Below, in pieces: positions 9,401-17,320 of a DNA stretch of 64,000 bases. The translations under genes and the position numbers were made by a program. Position 1 is the first letter of the stretch. Every line of letters starts with the position of its first letter. The stretch is from Candidatus Latescibacterota bacterium (GTDB lineage Bacteria > Krumholzibacteriota > Krumholzibacteriia > G020349025). The notes below the pieces were generated by a model. The model did not search any database. It had not been told where the DNA came from and was given only the letters and a program-made list of their open reading frames with translations. Location: positions 1,811,012 to 1,875,011 of the forward strand of contig CP070763.1 of the NCBI GenBank assembly GCA_020349025.1. Reading direction: 5' to 3'.

Positions 9401-10301
9401 CGAAGGCAGTCCAGCGATCGAGGGGCAGCCGGGCGACCTCATCGGCAACGGCTTCACCAGCACCCTCAATGGGGGCACGAGCGCCGGCAATCAGTCGAGC
9501 GTCTCCTCGATCACGCCTGTCAATGGCGCCTTGGCGGCTCTCAACTACGACAACGACCACGTCGCCGCGTTGCGCTACGACGGTGCCTACAAGCTCTTCT
9601 ACTGCGCCTTCGGCTTCGAGGGGATCACTGCGGCAGCGGAGCGAGATACCCTCATGGCGCGCACGCTCGCGTGGCTCTGTCCCGACGAGGGTGTCGCTCC
9701 CAGCGTCACGCTGCACTCCCCGAACGGCAGCGAGATGCTCTTCGAAGACAACATGCACACGATCGAGTGGACGGCGACGGATGACATCGCCGTTCTCTCT
9801 GTCGATCTCGAGCTCTCCACGGACGGGGGCAACAGCTTCGCGCCGATTGCGACCGGGGTCACGAACCTCTACGCCTACGATTGGATCGTCGACGGCGTGG
9901 CTTCCGATTCCTGCGTCATCCGCGTGTCGGCCACCGATCCCTCAGGCAACGTCGGCAGCGATGCGAGCGACGCCTTCTTCAGCATCACCAAGGTGACCGA
10001 CGTCACGAATCGTCTGCCGCAGCGGTATGCGCTGCATCCGGCCGTGCCGAACCCCTTCAATCCCGCCACCCAGCTGCGCTTCGACTTGCCGCGCGCATCG
10101 AGCGTCTGGCTCCGGATCTTGAGCGTGGACGGGCGTCGTGTGCGTGTTCTCGTGCCTGGTGAGCAGCTGCAGGCTGGCGCGCTGCAACGCACGTGGGATG
10201 GTCGCGACGAGCACGGCAACTCGGCGGCCAGCGGTGTCTACATCGTGCACCTGCGTGCAGACGACTTCCAGGCCACGCGCAAGATCCAGCTGCTGCGATA
10301 A
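6429..10301 (+). CDS. Secreted M4 (thermolysin-like) zinc metalloprotease with FTP/PepSY propeptide, inserted MAM-like domain and FlgD/T9SS-type C-terminal sorting domain
   Basis: HEYAHAITD...EAFSDYF parallels the thermolysin motifs HELTHAVTD...EAISD. The signal peptide follows the GTG at 6429 (VRRKRFAFVGSVITVLSLGVSSS). The C-terminus (NPFNPATQLRFDLP...SGVYIVHLRA) matches the Por/FlgD-like sorting domain. The track ORF starts at 6165. Confidence 0.75.
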   Translation: MRRKRFAFVGSVITVLSLGVSSSWSVRPDARVTGLEIVRTDPATLRSSVGQRRLSRDDVRLHDFRGTHGDAWRVRWNEFTRTPHRAFGGRVDAERIAAGTRPYGARDKDAVLRLAEAFVREHAQLLGARWEELRPAYVDLKGGRWVVTLKQEIGGIEVIGGRVDLRFSPRGDLMMFGSDIYPVPQFKALPRLAASAAERAALRGMPAGSVAALDAATQLVLLPILADEPLAPGVRKAAPRATLDPSALRVRPAYRVHVRTHEPPGKWVTFVDAATGQVLWRYNRVRFASASGAVVGDIHPLQGSDPTSTVWFPYTELLGGGLADTIAAYDFEGGVAGWSADSPWALSPERAHSGSQAWSDSPGANYFNNTNVALTSPKLNITTIADPVLEFWCYLQLEDTWDFLYIDASGDNGGTWHTLLALSGARDWHVRHVDLSAVEGTNALRVRFRIWSDGSVRDNGAWIDDVRIGRMGSDVSDELGAYSLTTADDDSTVTASLRGPFGQVFNRASGGSDASLSVTPVDGAASFYFNDSNSLARERDSFYGLVASHTRMKSIDPGLTSLDYPLPVFVGIAFCNAYWAGSQIVMGAGAGDCADLGTWVPVMYHEYAHAITDHVYDVVGDPPGDLHEAFSDYFASTITGDPRVGPGILGPGTMFRTIENNLRNPEDYSGEVHIDGTILAGALWDLRQLLLPDVALADSLYHFARYGFPTSFEDYFIELLTVDDDNGDLADGTPHIEAIRSAFGFHGIGLGPEFEHVHVEVQETNGNGDGRLDPGEQANLALTLRNYGGAESNVSAKISTTTPGVTITADSVFVGAVTAAPPGGSVEVTASTTFHVQVDPSVDVGTALLFELEIRSDLGFNGDSFMLPVGYVPILLVDDDRTRAFETWYTDSLQRLGKGYTLWDAGILGSPSAAEMSEYRTVIWFTGNDRRNTLTPSDQAELAAYLDAGGNLFISGEDIGEDLWQGNNTTPTPEDRAFYEDYLRANVFFENEGSPAIEGQPGDLIGNGFTSTLNGGTSAGNQSSVSSITPVNGALAALNYDNDHVAALRYDGAYKLFYCAFGFEGITAAAERDTLMARTLAWLCPDEGVAPSVTLHSPNGSEMLFEDNMHTIEWTATDDIAVLSVDLELSTDGGNSFAPIATGVTNLYAYDWIVDGVASDSCVIRVSATDPSGNVGSDASDAFFSITKVTDVTNRLPQRYALHPAVPNPFNPATQLRFDLPRASSVWLRILSVDGRRVRVLVPGEQLQAGALQRTWDGRDEHGNSAASGVYIVHLRADDFQATRKIQLLR

Positions 10302-10558
10302 CGGGGGCGGCGCGGGGGTGCGGGCGGTTGCGGCGGACGCTCCCGCTCGCGCATCCTGCGCTTGCTGGTCGCTCGACACGCGGCCGGCTCGGACCTCCCG
10401 CTCGCGCCCCACCCGGCCCGCATTCCAGGCACTGCTCGATCACGGTGAGCCGCTGTCGCGCAGGCGGCACAGCGGCTGCACGTTCGTCGCGGCGTCGAAC
10501 GCATTTGCTGCTCGACGCCGTGGGATCGAAGTGTGCGCTGTGTGGAGGATCCGGGCGG

Positions 10559-12382
10559 ATGGGTGCGCCGCTACACGTCGGTATCGTTCTGGCCACCGTG
10601 GCGGGAGCGATCTATGCCTTTGCACGCGAGAAGCTGCCTCCCGACGTGACCGCGCTTCTCGTTCTCCTCGTGCTCGTCATCTCCGGCGTCCTGACGCCGG
10701 CGGAGGGTTTCGCCGGCTTCAGCCATCCGGCAACGATCTCCGTGGCCGCTGTCCTGGTGTTGAGCGCCAGCCTCGAGCGCTCCGGTGTGTTCAACGTCAT
10801 CGCTCGTCGCCTCCTGTCGCACCTCGGCAACTCGGAAGTCCTCTTCGGCGTCGTCCTCATGCTCACGGTGGGCGTGCTTTCGGCATTCATCAACAACACG
10901 GCTGCGGTCGCCATCTTCCTGCCGATCGTCTTGCAGACGTGTCGGCGCACGGGCGCGCGACCCGGGCGACTCCTGATCCCGATGTCGTTCGCGGCGATGT
11001 TCGGCGGGCTCTCCACGCTCATCGGCACCTCGACGAACATCGTCGTGCACGAGTACGCCCGTAGCGAAGGCTTGCGAGGGTTTTCGATGTTCGAGTTCGC
11101 GCGCATCGGATTGCCTCTCTTCGCGCTCGGCTTCGTCTACCTGCTCGTCGTCGGGCGCTGGCTCCTGCCGCGCGGCGAGCCGGTCGATTCCCCCGAAGAT
11201 CGCTTCGGGCTGTCGCAGTACACGGTGGACCTCTTCGTCCATGCGGGCTCCTCCTGGGTCGGGAGGCAGGCGGACCCGGCGCGTCTTCGCCGCGATCACG
11301 ACGTCGACCTCGTCGGTGTGCGACGTGGGGGTGCCACCCTCCGCCGCGACCCACCGTGGCCCAAGCTGATGGCCGGCGATCGCCTCAGAGTGCACGGCCC
11401 GGTGCAGGATGTCATGACGCTCGCTTCGCGCGAAGGCCTGCGGCTCGCGCACCCGGAGAACGGGCACAACGCCGAAGCGCAAGCCGAGACGCTCGTCTCG
11501 GGCAATGGCGGCACGCGCGAGACCCAGGTTCTAGCCGAGGTCGTTCTCCTGCCCGCGAGTCCCGCGGTGGGACACACGTTGGAAACGGCTCGCTTCCGCG
11601 GCGTGTACGCGGCGACGATTCTCGGAATGCGACGCGGTGGTCACCAACCCCCAGGCATCCCTGCGCGCGAGATCCTGCACGCGGGTGATGCGCTCCTCCT
11701 GCAGATCGCGGAGTCGGAGCTCGAAGCGTTGTCGGTCGATCCGGGCGTCCTGGTGATGAGTGCGACGCCGACGCCGGAGACGCGGCCCGGCCGCCTGGCG
11801 TTGTCGCTGCTCACGCTCGCCGGTGTGGTTCTGACCGCCGCAACCGGACTCCTGCCGATCGTCACCGCAGCCAGCGCCGGATGCTTGCTGCTCATGGTGA
11901 CCGGCACACTGCGCCCGCGTGAGGCATACGAATCGATCAATTGGCAGGTGGTCTTCATGCTCGCCGGTGTGCTCGCCCTCGGCAACGCCATGGAGAAGAC
12001 CGGAATCGCGGCAACGCTTGCCACCTGGATCACGGGCCTCAGCCACGATCTGGGACCGACGCTCGCGATCTCCGTCATGTACCTGATCACGGCCGTGCTC
12101 ACGCAGTTCATGACCAACAACGCCGCCGCGGCATTGCTGGTCCCGGTGGCGCTCGACAGCGCCGAGTTGCTGGAAGTCAATCCCGCACCCTTTCTGATTG
12201 CGGTCACGGTGGCGGCGTCGACGGCGTTCGGCACACCCGTCGGCTACCAGACCAACCTCATGGTGTATGGGCCTGGCGGATATCGTTTCTCCGACTTCGT
12301 CCGCGTGGGCTTGCCGTTGAGCGTGCTCTTCTGGGTGTTCGTCACCTTTGCGATCCCACGTCTCTGGCCACTGACGGGTTGA
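10559..12382 (+). CDS. SLC13/DASS-family anion permease with two internal TrkA-C domains
   Basis: Two homologous transporter halves (FINNTAAVAIFLPIV and FMTNNAAAALLVPVA) flank a cytoplasmic region made of duplicated TrkA-C-like segments. ATG at 10559. Confidence 0.75.
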   Translation: MGAPLHVGIVLATVAGAIYAFAREKLPPDVTALLVLLVLVISGVLTPAEGFAGFSHPATISVAAVLVLSASLERSGVFNVIARRLLSHLGNSEVLFGVVLMLTVGVLSAFINNTAAVAIFLPIVLQTCRRTGARPGRLLIPMSFAAMFGGLSTLIGTSTNIVVHEYARSEGLRGFSMFEFARIGLPLFALGFVYLLVVGRWLLPRGEPVDSPEDRFGLSQYTVDLFVHAGSSWVGRQADPARLRRDHDVDLVGVRRGGATLRRDPPWPKLMAGDRLRVHGPVQDVMTLASREGLRLAHPENGHNAEAQAETLVSGNGGTRETQVLAEVVLLPASPAVGHTLETARFRGVYAATILGMRRGGHQPPGIPAREILHAGDALLLQIAESELEALSVDPGVLVMSATPTPETRPGRLALSLLTLAGVVLTAATGLLPIVTAASAGCLLLMVTGTLRPREAYESINWQVVFMLAGVLALGNAMEKTGIAATLATWITGLSHDLGPTLAISVMYLITAVLTQFMTNNAAAALLVPVALDSAELLEVNPAPFLIAVTVAASTAFGTPVGYQTNLMVYGPGGYRFSDFVRVGLPLSVLFWVFVTFAIPRLWPLTG

Positions 12383-12479
12383 GCGCTGCGGCCGCTTTCG
12401 GACCCCTTCCCGAACCCGGGTTGCACGCTTGCGGCCCGGCGTGCAGACTGCAGATCCGATCCGCGCCGCACACCCCAGG

Positions 12480-13502
12480 ATGAGGATGACGTTCGACCCC
12501 AACAGTGCGTCCGATCCCGACAGTGGGATCTTCGGCTTGCCTCACACGCCCGAACAGGCGCGTGTGGTCCTGGTTCCGGTCCCTTTCGAAGCGACAGCCT
12601 CCTACGGGGCCGGCGCGGCGGAGGCACCCGGCGCAATCCTGCGCGCCAGCCGACAGGTCGATCTCTTCGACGTGGAGACGGGAAGGGCGTACGAGGCGGG
12701 CATCGCGCTCCTCCCCGAGCCGGAGTCGGTGCGCGCGTGGAACGCGGAGGCGCGACGTGCAGCCAGGTCGGCGACCGCAGGCGACCGGTCTTCGTGCGAC
12801 CGCGCGCGCGTCGACGCGCTCTGCGAGCGCATGAACGCCTGGGTGCGTGCCACGGTGCAGCGCTGGCTCGAAGCGGGCAAGATCGTCGGCGTGCTCGGTG
12901 GCGACCACTCGGTGTCCTTCGCGGCGATCGAGGCGCACGCGAGACTCCACCCTGGGCTCGGCATCCTGCACATCGATGCGCATGCCGATCTCCGACACGC
13001 CTACGAGGGGTTCACCTGGTCGCATGCGTCGATCATGGACAACGTGCTCGAGCGTATTCCCGACGTCGCACGTGTCGTCCAGGTTGGGGTGCGCGATCTT
13101 TGCGACGAGGAGTTCATGCGCATCGAACGCAGCGCGGGGCGCGTGCACACCTGGTTCGATGCCGAGCTCGCGCGTGAGCGCTTCGAGGGTGTGACGTGGG
13201 CTCGCCAGGTCGAGCGCATCGTGGAGCAGCTGCCGCGCGACGTCTACATCTCGTTCGATGTCGACGCTCTCGATCCGAAGCTGTGCCCGCACACGGGGAC
13301 ACCCGTTCCGGGCGGCCTCTCCTTTTCGCAGGCGACCTACCTCGTCGCTCGGGCCGTCCGCTCAGGGAGGCGTCTCGTCGGCTTCGATCTGGTCGAGGTG
13401 GCGCCCGGCGCCAGTGCTTCCGAGTGGGACGCGAACGTCGGGGCGCGCGTTCTCTACAAGCTTGCCGGCTGGGCGATCCGATCGGCGGGCGCCGGCGCCT
13501 GA
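12480..13502 (+). CDS. Ureohydrolase (arginase/agmatinase/formiminoglutamase family)
   Basis: Binuclear-Mn motifs GGDHS, DAHADL and DVDALDP are present. The specific substrate cannot be told from sequence. Confidence 0.75.
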   Translation: MRMTFDPNSASDPDSGIFGLPHTPEQARVVLVPVPFEATASYGAGAAEAPGAILRASRQVDLFDVETGRAYEAGIALLPEPESVRAWNAEARRAARSATAGDRSSCDRARVDALCERMNAWVRATVQRWLEAGKIVGVLGGDHSVSFAAIEAHARLHPGLGILHIDAHADLRHAYEGFTWSHASIMDNVLERIPDVARVVQVGVRDLCDEEFMRIERSAGRVHTWFDAELARERFEGVTWARQVERIVEQLPRDVYISFDVDALDPKLCPHTGTPVPGGLSFSQATYLVARAVRSGRRLVGFDLVEVAPGASASEWDANVGARVLYKLAGWAIRSAGAGA

Positions 13503-13727
13503 GTCTGCTTCCGCCCACGGAGCTCGACTATTCTTGCGCTTCGATCCCGGACACCGATGGCGCCGGGTTCGAGCCAACGGATTCGGTCGAGGGGAAACGG
13601 CGTGGGGCGCAGTCGTTCGACGGGCAAGGGCACACGCAGAGCGGGCCGCGAACGAGAGGGCCGCAAAGCGCAGGTGCGTGCCGACGCTGCCGTAACAAAG
13701 GCGCGCGCGACACCGACCAAGCCCGCG

Positions 13728-14692
13728 ATGATCACTCCCTTCATCGATGCGCTCTGTGTCGGCGGAGCGTCGATCGTGGTCTCGCTCGTCGTCCTGGCGA
13801 CCGGCATCCGCTTGCCGTTGGTGGAGAGCGGGCCCATGTACCTCACCAACTTCCTTCTCAACGCGCCCCATTTCCTGGTGTCGTATCGCCTGCTCTACGG
13901 CTCGCCGTAACGACGCACGGACTACCGTGGCGTTTCCACCTACGTGCCGATGGCCCTGCTTTTCTGGATGCTCTTCGCGTTGGCGGTCTATGCGCGCTGG
14001 CCGGTCGTTCTCGGGGCGTTCGCAGTTGCGGGAGCGATTCTCTGGCCTGGCACTACACCGGGCAGGAGTGGGGCATGATGGCTTCCTTCGGCTTCATCGA
14101 AGGACGTCGCTTCAGCGATCTGGAACGCCGCCTCGTGCGTACGAACCTCTATGTTCTACTCGCATGGCAGGTGATGTGGGCCATTGTCGTCATGCGCAAC
14201 ATGTTTGGTGCCAAGGGCGCGCAGGAGTATTTGCTGACTCCAGGTTTTGCCCAGGACTTGTACCCGCCCACGCTGCGCATGCTGCTTCCCTGGGTGGCGA
14301 TTCATCTCTGGTACGTCTTGCTCTACCGTGAGCCCGCCGCCATCTTCTGGGCGCAGAACGCCCACGCATTGCAGTATCTCGTGTTCCCGATGCGCGTCGA
14401 GATGAATCGCGTCGCCCGAACCAAAAAGCAACCGACATCCCCATTCGGTGGACACATGGTTCTCGACTACCTCGGCACGGTCGTCCTCGGCTTCGTGTTC
14501 ATGACGCTGATCCCGGAAGGGACGGCGTACGGTCTCGGAAAGCTGGAATTCGGCGTTCTCCCGTTGACGTTCGCCGTGGCGGCGTTCATCAACGTGCACC
14601 ACTACTTCATCGACAACTTCATCTGGAAGCTCCGCAACCCGATCGTGCGCCACGATCTCTTCGCGCACCTACCGGGCGGGCAGCGTTCGTAG
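13728..14692 (+). pseudogene. Disrupted polytopic membrane-protein gene (in-frame TAA at 13908-13910 plus a frame switch near 14060-14077)
   Basis: Three consecutive coding-looking pieces are present: 13728-13910 (MITPFIDALCVGGASIVVSL...), the same frame 13911-14078 (...VPMALLFWMLFALAVYARWPVVLGAF...) and a +2 frame 14075-14692 (MMASFGF...HHYFIDNFIWKL...). All three are hydrophobic, TM-rich and His-rich. The track's uninterrupted frame over 13196-14075 has a non-coding-looking composition. Confidence 0.45.
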
Positions 14693-14696
14693 TGTC

Positions 14697-15275
14697 TCAG
14701 ACGGTGTAGACCAGCGCGCGCCGGGTGCGGCGATGCCACCCCTTGTCGTCCAAAGGCTCGAAAGCGTGGCACCAGGTGAGCTCGCCCTTGTAGACGTGGA
14801 TCGTGACCGCGCGCTCGTCGAAAGGGTTCTCGATCGTGTGGTACTCGAACGGCGGGATCAGCGCTCCGGCGGCGCCGACACCCGACACGACGCTGTCCGC
14901 CTTCTTGAAGAGGACGCCACTCTCGCGTTCATGATCGACGTCGTACGAGGTGACGCGAATACGCCCCTCGTACACGCATTCGACGCACCAGTGACCCGCA
15001 TGGTCGTGGAGTGGCGTGCCTTGACCGGGGCCCCACACCATGACCACGACGCTGAAGCGTGAGGCGTGATCCTTGTACAGAAGCCGGCGTGCGTAACCCG
15101 TGGTTACCGGAGCCAGGTACTCCTCCGGGATGCGCACGCGCCGATTCCCCAGCTCTTCCATCAAGACATCTTTGATGTTGCGGCAGATCGTTTTGGCGTT
15201 CTCGACGGACGCGGCGTGGTCGAGGCGGCGCATCAACGAGTCGACGCTCGCCGAAGACGCGTTCGGGTTTCCCAC
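14697..15275 (-). CDS. Cysteine dioxygenase type I (cupin)
   Basis: MVWGPGQGTPLHDHAGHWCVECV matches the CDO 3-His iron motif. Confidence 0.7.
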   Translation of the reverse strand: MGNPNASSASVDSLMRRLDHAASVENAKTICRNIKDVLMEELGNRRVRIPEEYLAPVTTGYARRLLYKDHASRFSVVVMVWGPGQGTPLHDHAGHWCVECVYEGRIRVTSYDVDHERESGVLFKKADSVVSGVGAAGALIPPFEYHTIENPFDERAVTIHVYKGELTWCHAFEPLDDKGWHRRTRRALVYTV

Positions 15276-15436
15276 GAGCTGTGCCCCCTGTCGGCTTCAC
15301 GTTCGAGTTGTACGGGTTCGGACTTGTGTCAGAATAGCACGCACCCGGTCGGCACCAAAACACCGTTTCGGCTGCGCGTCATTGGAGTGCGCACCATGCG
15401 TGTAGCGTGACCGGGTCGCGCGCCACGAGCTCGAGG

Positions 15437-15904
15437 TCAGGGGGACCCGGGTCCCTTGTGTGGAACGTGGGGGTGGGGAGCGCAGGTGGGATCCTGTGAA
15501 GACTCGCTGAGCTCGATCAGCACGCCAGCGAAGGATTTCGGATGCACGAACGCGATCCGTTCTCCGTGTGCGCCCACACGCGGGGTCTCGTCGATGAGCC
15601 GCACGCCCTGACTCGCTAGATCCGCCAGCGTCGCCTCGATGTTCGCGACGCAAACGCAGATGTGGTGGATGCCGCCGCCGCGTCGTTCCAGGAACTTTGC
15701 GATCGGGCTGTCGTCGGAGGTGGGGCAGAGTAGCTCGATGTTGCTCTCGCCGGCGCGAAAGAAGGCGGTCCGCACTTTCTGCTCCGGCACGTCCGCGACC
15801 GAAGCGGGCCCGACACAGAAGAGGCGTGTGTAGAGGCGGATCGCTTCGTCGAGATCACGCACCACGATGCCCACGTGATCGATCTTCTCGATTCGATTCT
15901 GCAT
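15437..15904 (-). CDS. mce: Methylmalonyl-CoA epimerase (VOC/glyoxalase fold)
   Basis: IDHVGIVVRDLDEAIRLY...GIHHICVCV...GVRLIDETPRVGAHGERIAFVHPKSFAGVLIEL aligns with the epimerase family. ATG at 15902-15904. Confidence 0.7.
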   Translation of the reverse strand: MQNRIEKIDHVGIVVRDLDEAIRLYTRLFCVGPASVADVPEQKVRTAFFRAGESNIELLCPTSDDSPIAKFLERRGGGIHHICVCVANIEATLADLASQGVRLIDETPRVGAHGERIAFVHPKSFAGVLIELSESSQDPTCAPHPHVPHKGPGSP

Positions 15905-15982
15905 CGAAGCAGACCCCCACGACAACGCGCGTGCAGCAGTATAGCCGAGCGGCCCAAGGTCGCCAAACCATTCCCGTACGGA

Positions 15983-17275
15983 TCAGCGCAATGCCCAGGT
16001 CAACGCCGTGGAAGCCAGAATGGTCGTGGTGTCGTAGCGCGAATCGCTGTGGTTCTCCGGCGTGAGGCTGAAGAAGAGGTCGAACGTGAGCGCCGAGGCG
16101 AAGCGATAGGAGAGGTAGAGTGTCGTCCAGTTGTAGACGAAGTCGGTGAGAAATCGATCCCCAGCGCCGAGATGCGAGCGCACTCCCAGCTCGTTGCTGA
16201 ACTCCACCCAGAAGTCGGACCCTGCGATGTAGGAGATCATTCCATGGATTCCGAACTGATCGTACGGGCGATCGAAGCTGCTCTGGGTGCGGCGGAACTC
16301 CGCGCGTGGTCCCACCCCGAGCGTGGCCCGGGCGCTGAGATCCCGTTCCAGGATCAGCTCCGTGACGTGCTCGTTGGCGCTGGAGTAGACGCTGTCGGGC
16401 CTGTCGTACAGCGTGACTACAGCGCGGTACTCCGGACGCAGGCGGACCTTCTCCGACAACGACAGGCTCGCGCTCAACCTCCCCGCGGTGTCGAAGAAAT
16501 GGCTTCGCACCGTCGGGATCCGGTACGTACGACGCTCGAACATCTGCTCCACCACCAACAGGTGGGAGCCGAAGCCTTGGGTCAAACCGACGTGCACGCG
16601 TTGACGCTGGTAGCCGATCGCAAGCGAATCCGGCACGCTGCGGCCGCCGTACGTGTAGCCGAGACGCATGGATGAGAAGATCCCCCAGCGTTTCTCGATC
16701 TCCGCGCCCACGTCGTTGCGTGTGTAGTCGTAGTTGTAGCGCGTGCGCGAGGCGAAGCGCGCGGTCTCGAAGCGGTCTTCGAGACGCAGGCGCCAGGCGG
16801 GGGAAAGGGAGAGCGCGGCGATCACGCGCGCGCTGTTGGTGATGTAGTCGCTCGAGAGCTGGAAGTCGGAGCGGGGGCGGTACGCCTTGTAGTGCAGGTC
16901 GTTGATGATGCGAAGATCGAGAGCTCCAAGCTGGCGACGCAAGTTCACGAACAGGTCGTTGCGTGTCGCTTCCTGGCCGAGCCCGAGCGCGTTGCGCACC
17001 TCGAAGTGCGTCCGCCCGCGGTGCAGGAGCGTTGCGACCAGTCGCGCGCTCGCTTCATCCACGAGGTCGAGCGTGTCCACCTCCGAGATCGTGTAGCTCT
17101 GGCCGAAGGTGTCGTAGGCGAGCGCGACCGTCGGCCGGAACGACCAGCTCGTCGCTGCCGGCTGCAGCTCCGCAAACGCCCCGACCTGCGCTGGCGCCGC
17201 GCGCGTTCCCGAGAGCACGATCAGCAGGAAGCACCCGAGCGTTGCAGTCGTGCTGGAAGCGCGGTACGAGCCCAT
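15983..17275 (-). CDS. Hypothetical outer-membrane beta-barrel protein
   Basis: N-terminal signal peptide, an alternating amphipathic beta-strand pattern rich in Y/R/S/T, and a C-terminal ...LTWALR. Lies 45 nt downstream of the coiled-coil gene. Confidence 0.5.
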   Translation of the reverse strand: MGSYRASSTTATLGCFLLIVLSGTRAAPAQVGAFAELQPAATSWSFRPTVALAYDTFGQSYTISEVDTLDLVDEASARLVATLLHRGRTHFEVRNALGLGQEATRNDLFVNLRRQLGALDLRIINDLHYKAYRPRSDFQLSSDYITNSARVIAALSLSPAWRLRLEDRFETARFASRTRYNYDYTRNDVGAEIEKRWGIFSSMRLGYTYGGRSVPDSLAIGYQRQRVHVGLTQGFGSHLLVVEQMFERRTYRIPTVRSHFFDTAGRLSASLSLSEKVRLRPEYRAVVTLYDRPDSVYSSANEHVTELILERDLSARATLGVGPRAEFRRTQSSFDRPYDQFGIHGMISYIAGSDFWVEFSNELGVRSHLGAGDRFLTDFVYNWTTLYLSYRFASALTFDLFFSLTPENHSDSRYDTTTILASTALTWALR

Positions 17276-17320
17276 GGAATCTCCGTGCGGGTGCCAGACC
17301 CGACTCGGGTGTCGCGGTGG

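Noticed and set aside
6336-9758. 1140-aa ORF on the minus strand antisense to the M4 protease gene (and the similar long antisense ORFs 290..1057, 1112..1831, 3124..4383, 16892..19303, 22838..24280, 24632..26203, 34930..36291, 36606..39116, 41897..44146, 47787..49151, 51357..53198, 53099..54442, 54461..56116)
   Set aside because: Shadow ORFs are expected in a roughly 70% GC genome. Their translations are Arg/Ala/Gly/Pro-rich low-complexity with no motifs, whereas the opposite-strand genes have clear domain signatures and GC3-skewed codon usage.
10302-10558. Stem-loop GCCGCTGT-N12-ACAGCGGC after the first protease gene as a possible intrinsic terminator
   Set aside because: No U-tract, and it is more than 100 nt from the stop codon, so it cannot be distinguished from chance dyad symmetry in GC-rich DNA.
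13196-14075. Continuous 498-aa frame-2 ORF from the track spanning the ureohydrolase 3' end through the membrane-protein locus
   Set aside because: The 13196-14075 part translates to Arg/Gly/Pro-rich non-coding-like sequence and overlaps the ureohydrolase, whereas an alternative frame gives hydrophobic, membrane-protein-like segments. It is read instead as a disrupted gene (see the feature at 13728..14692).
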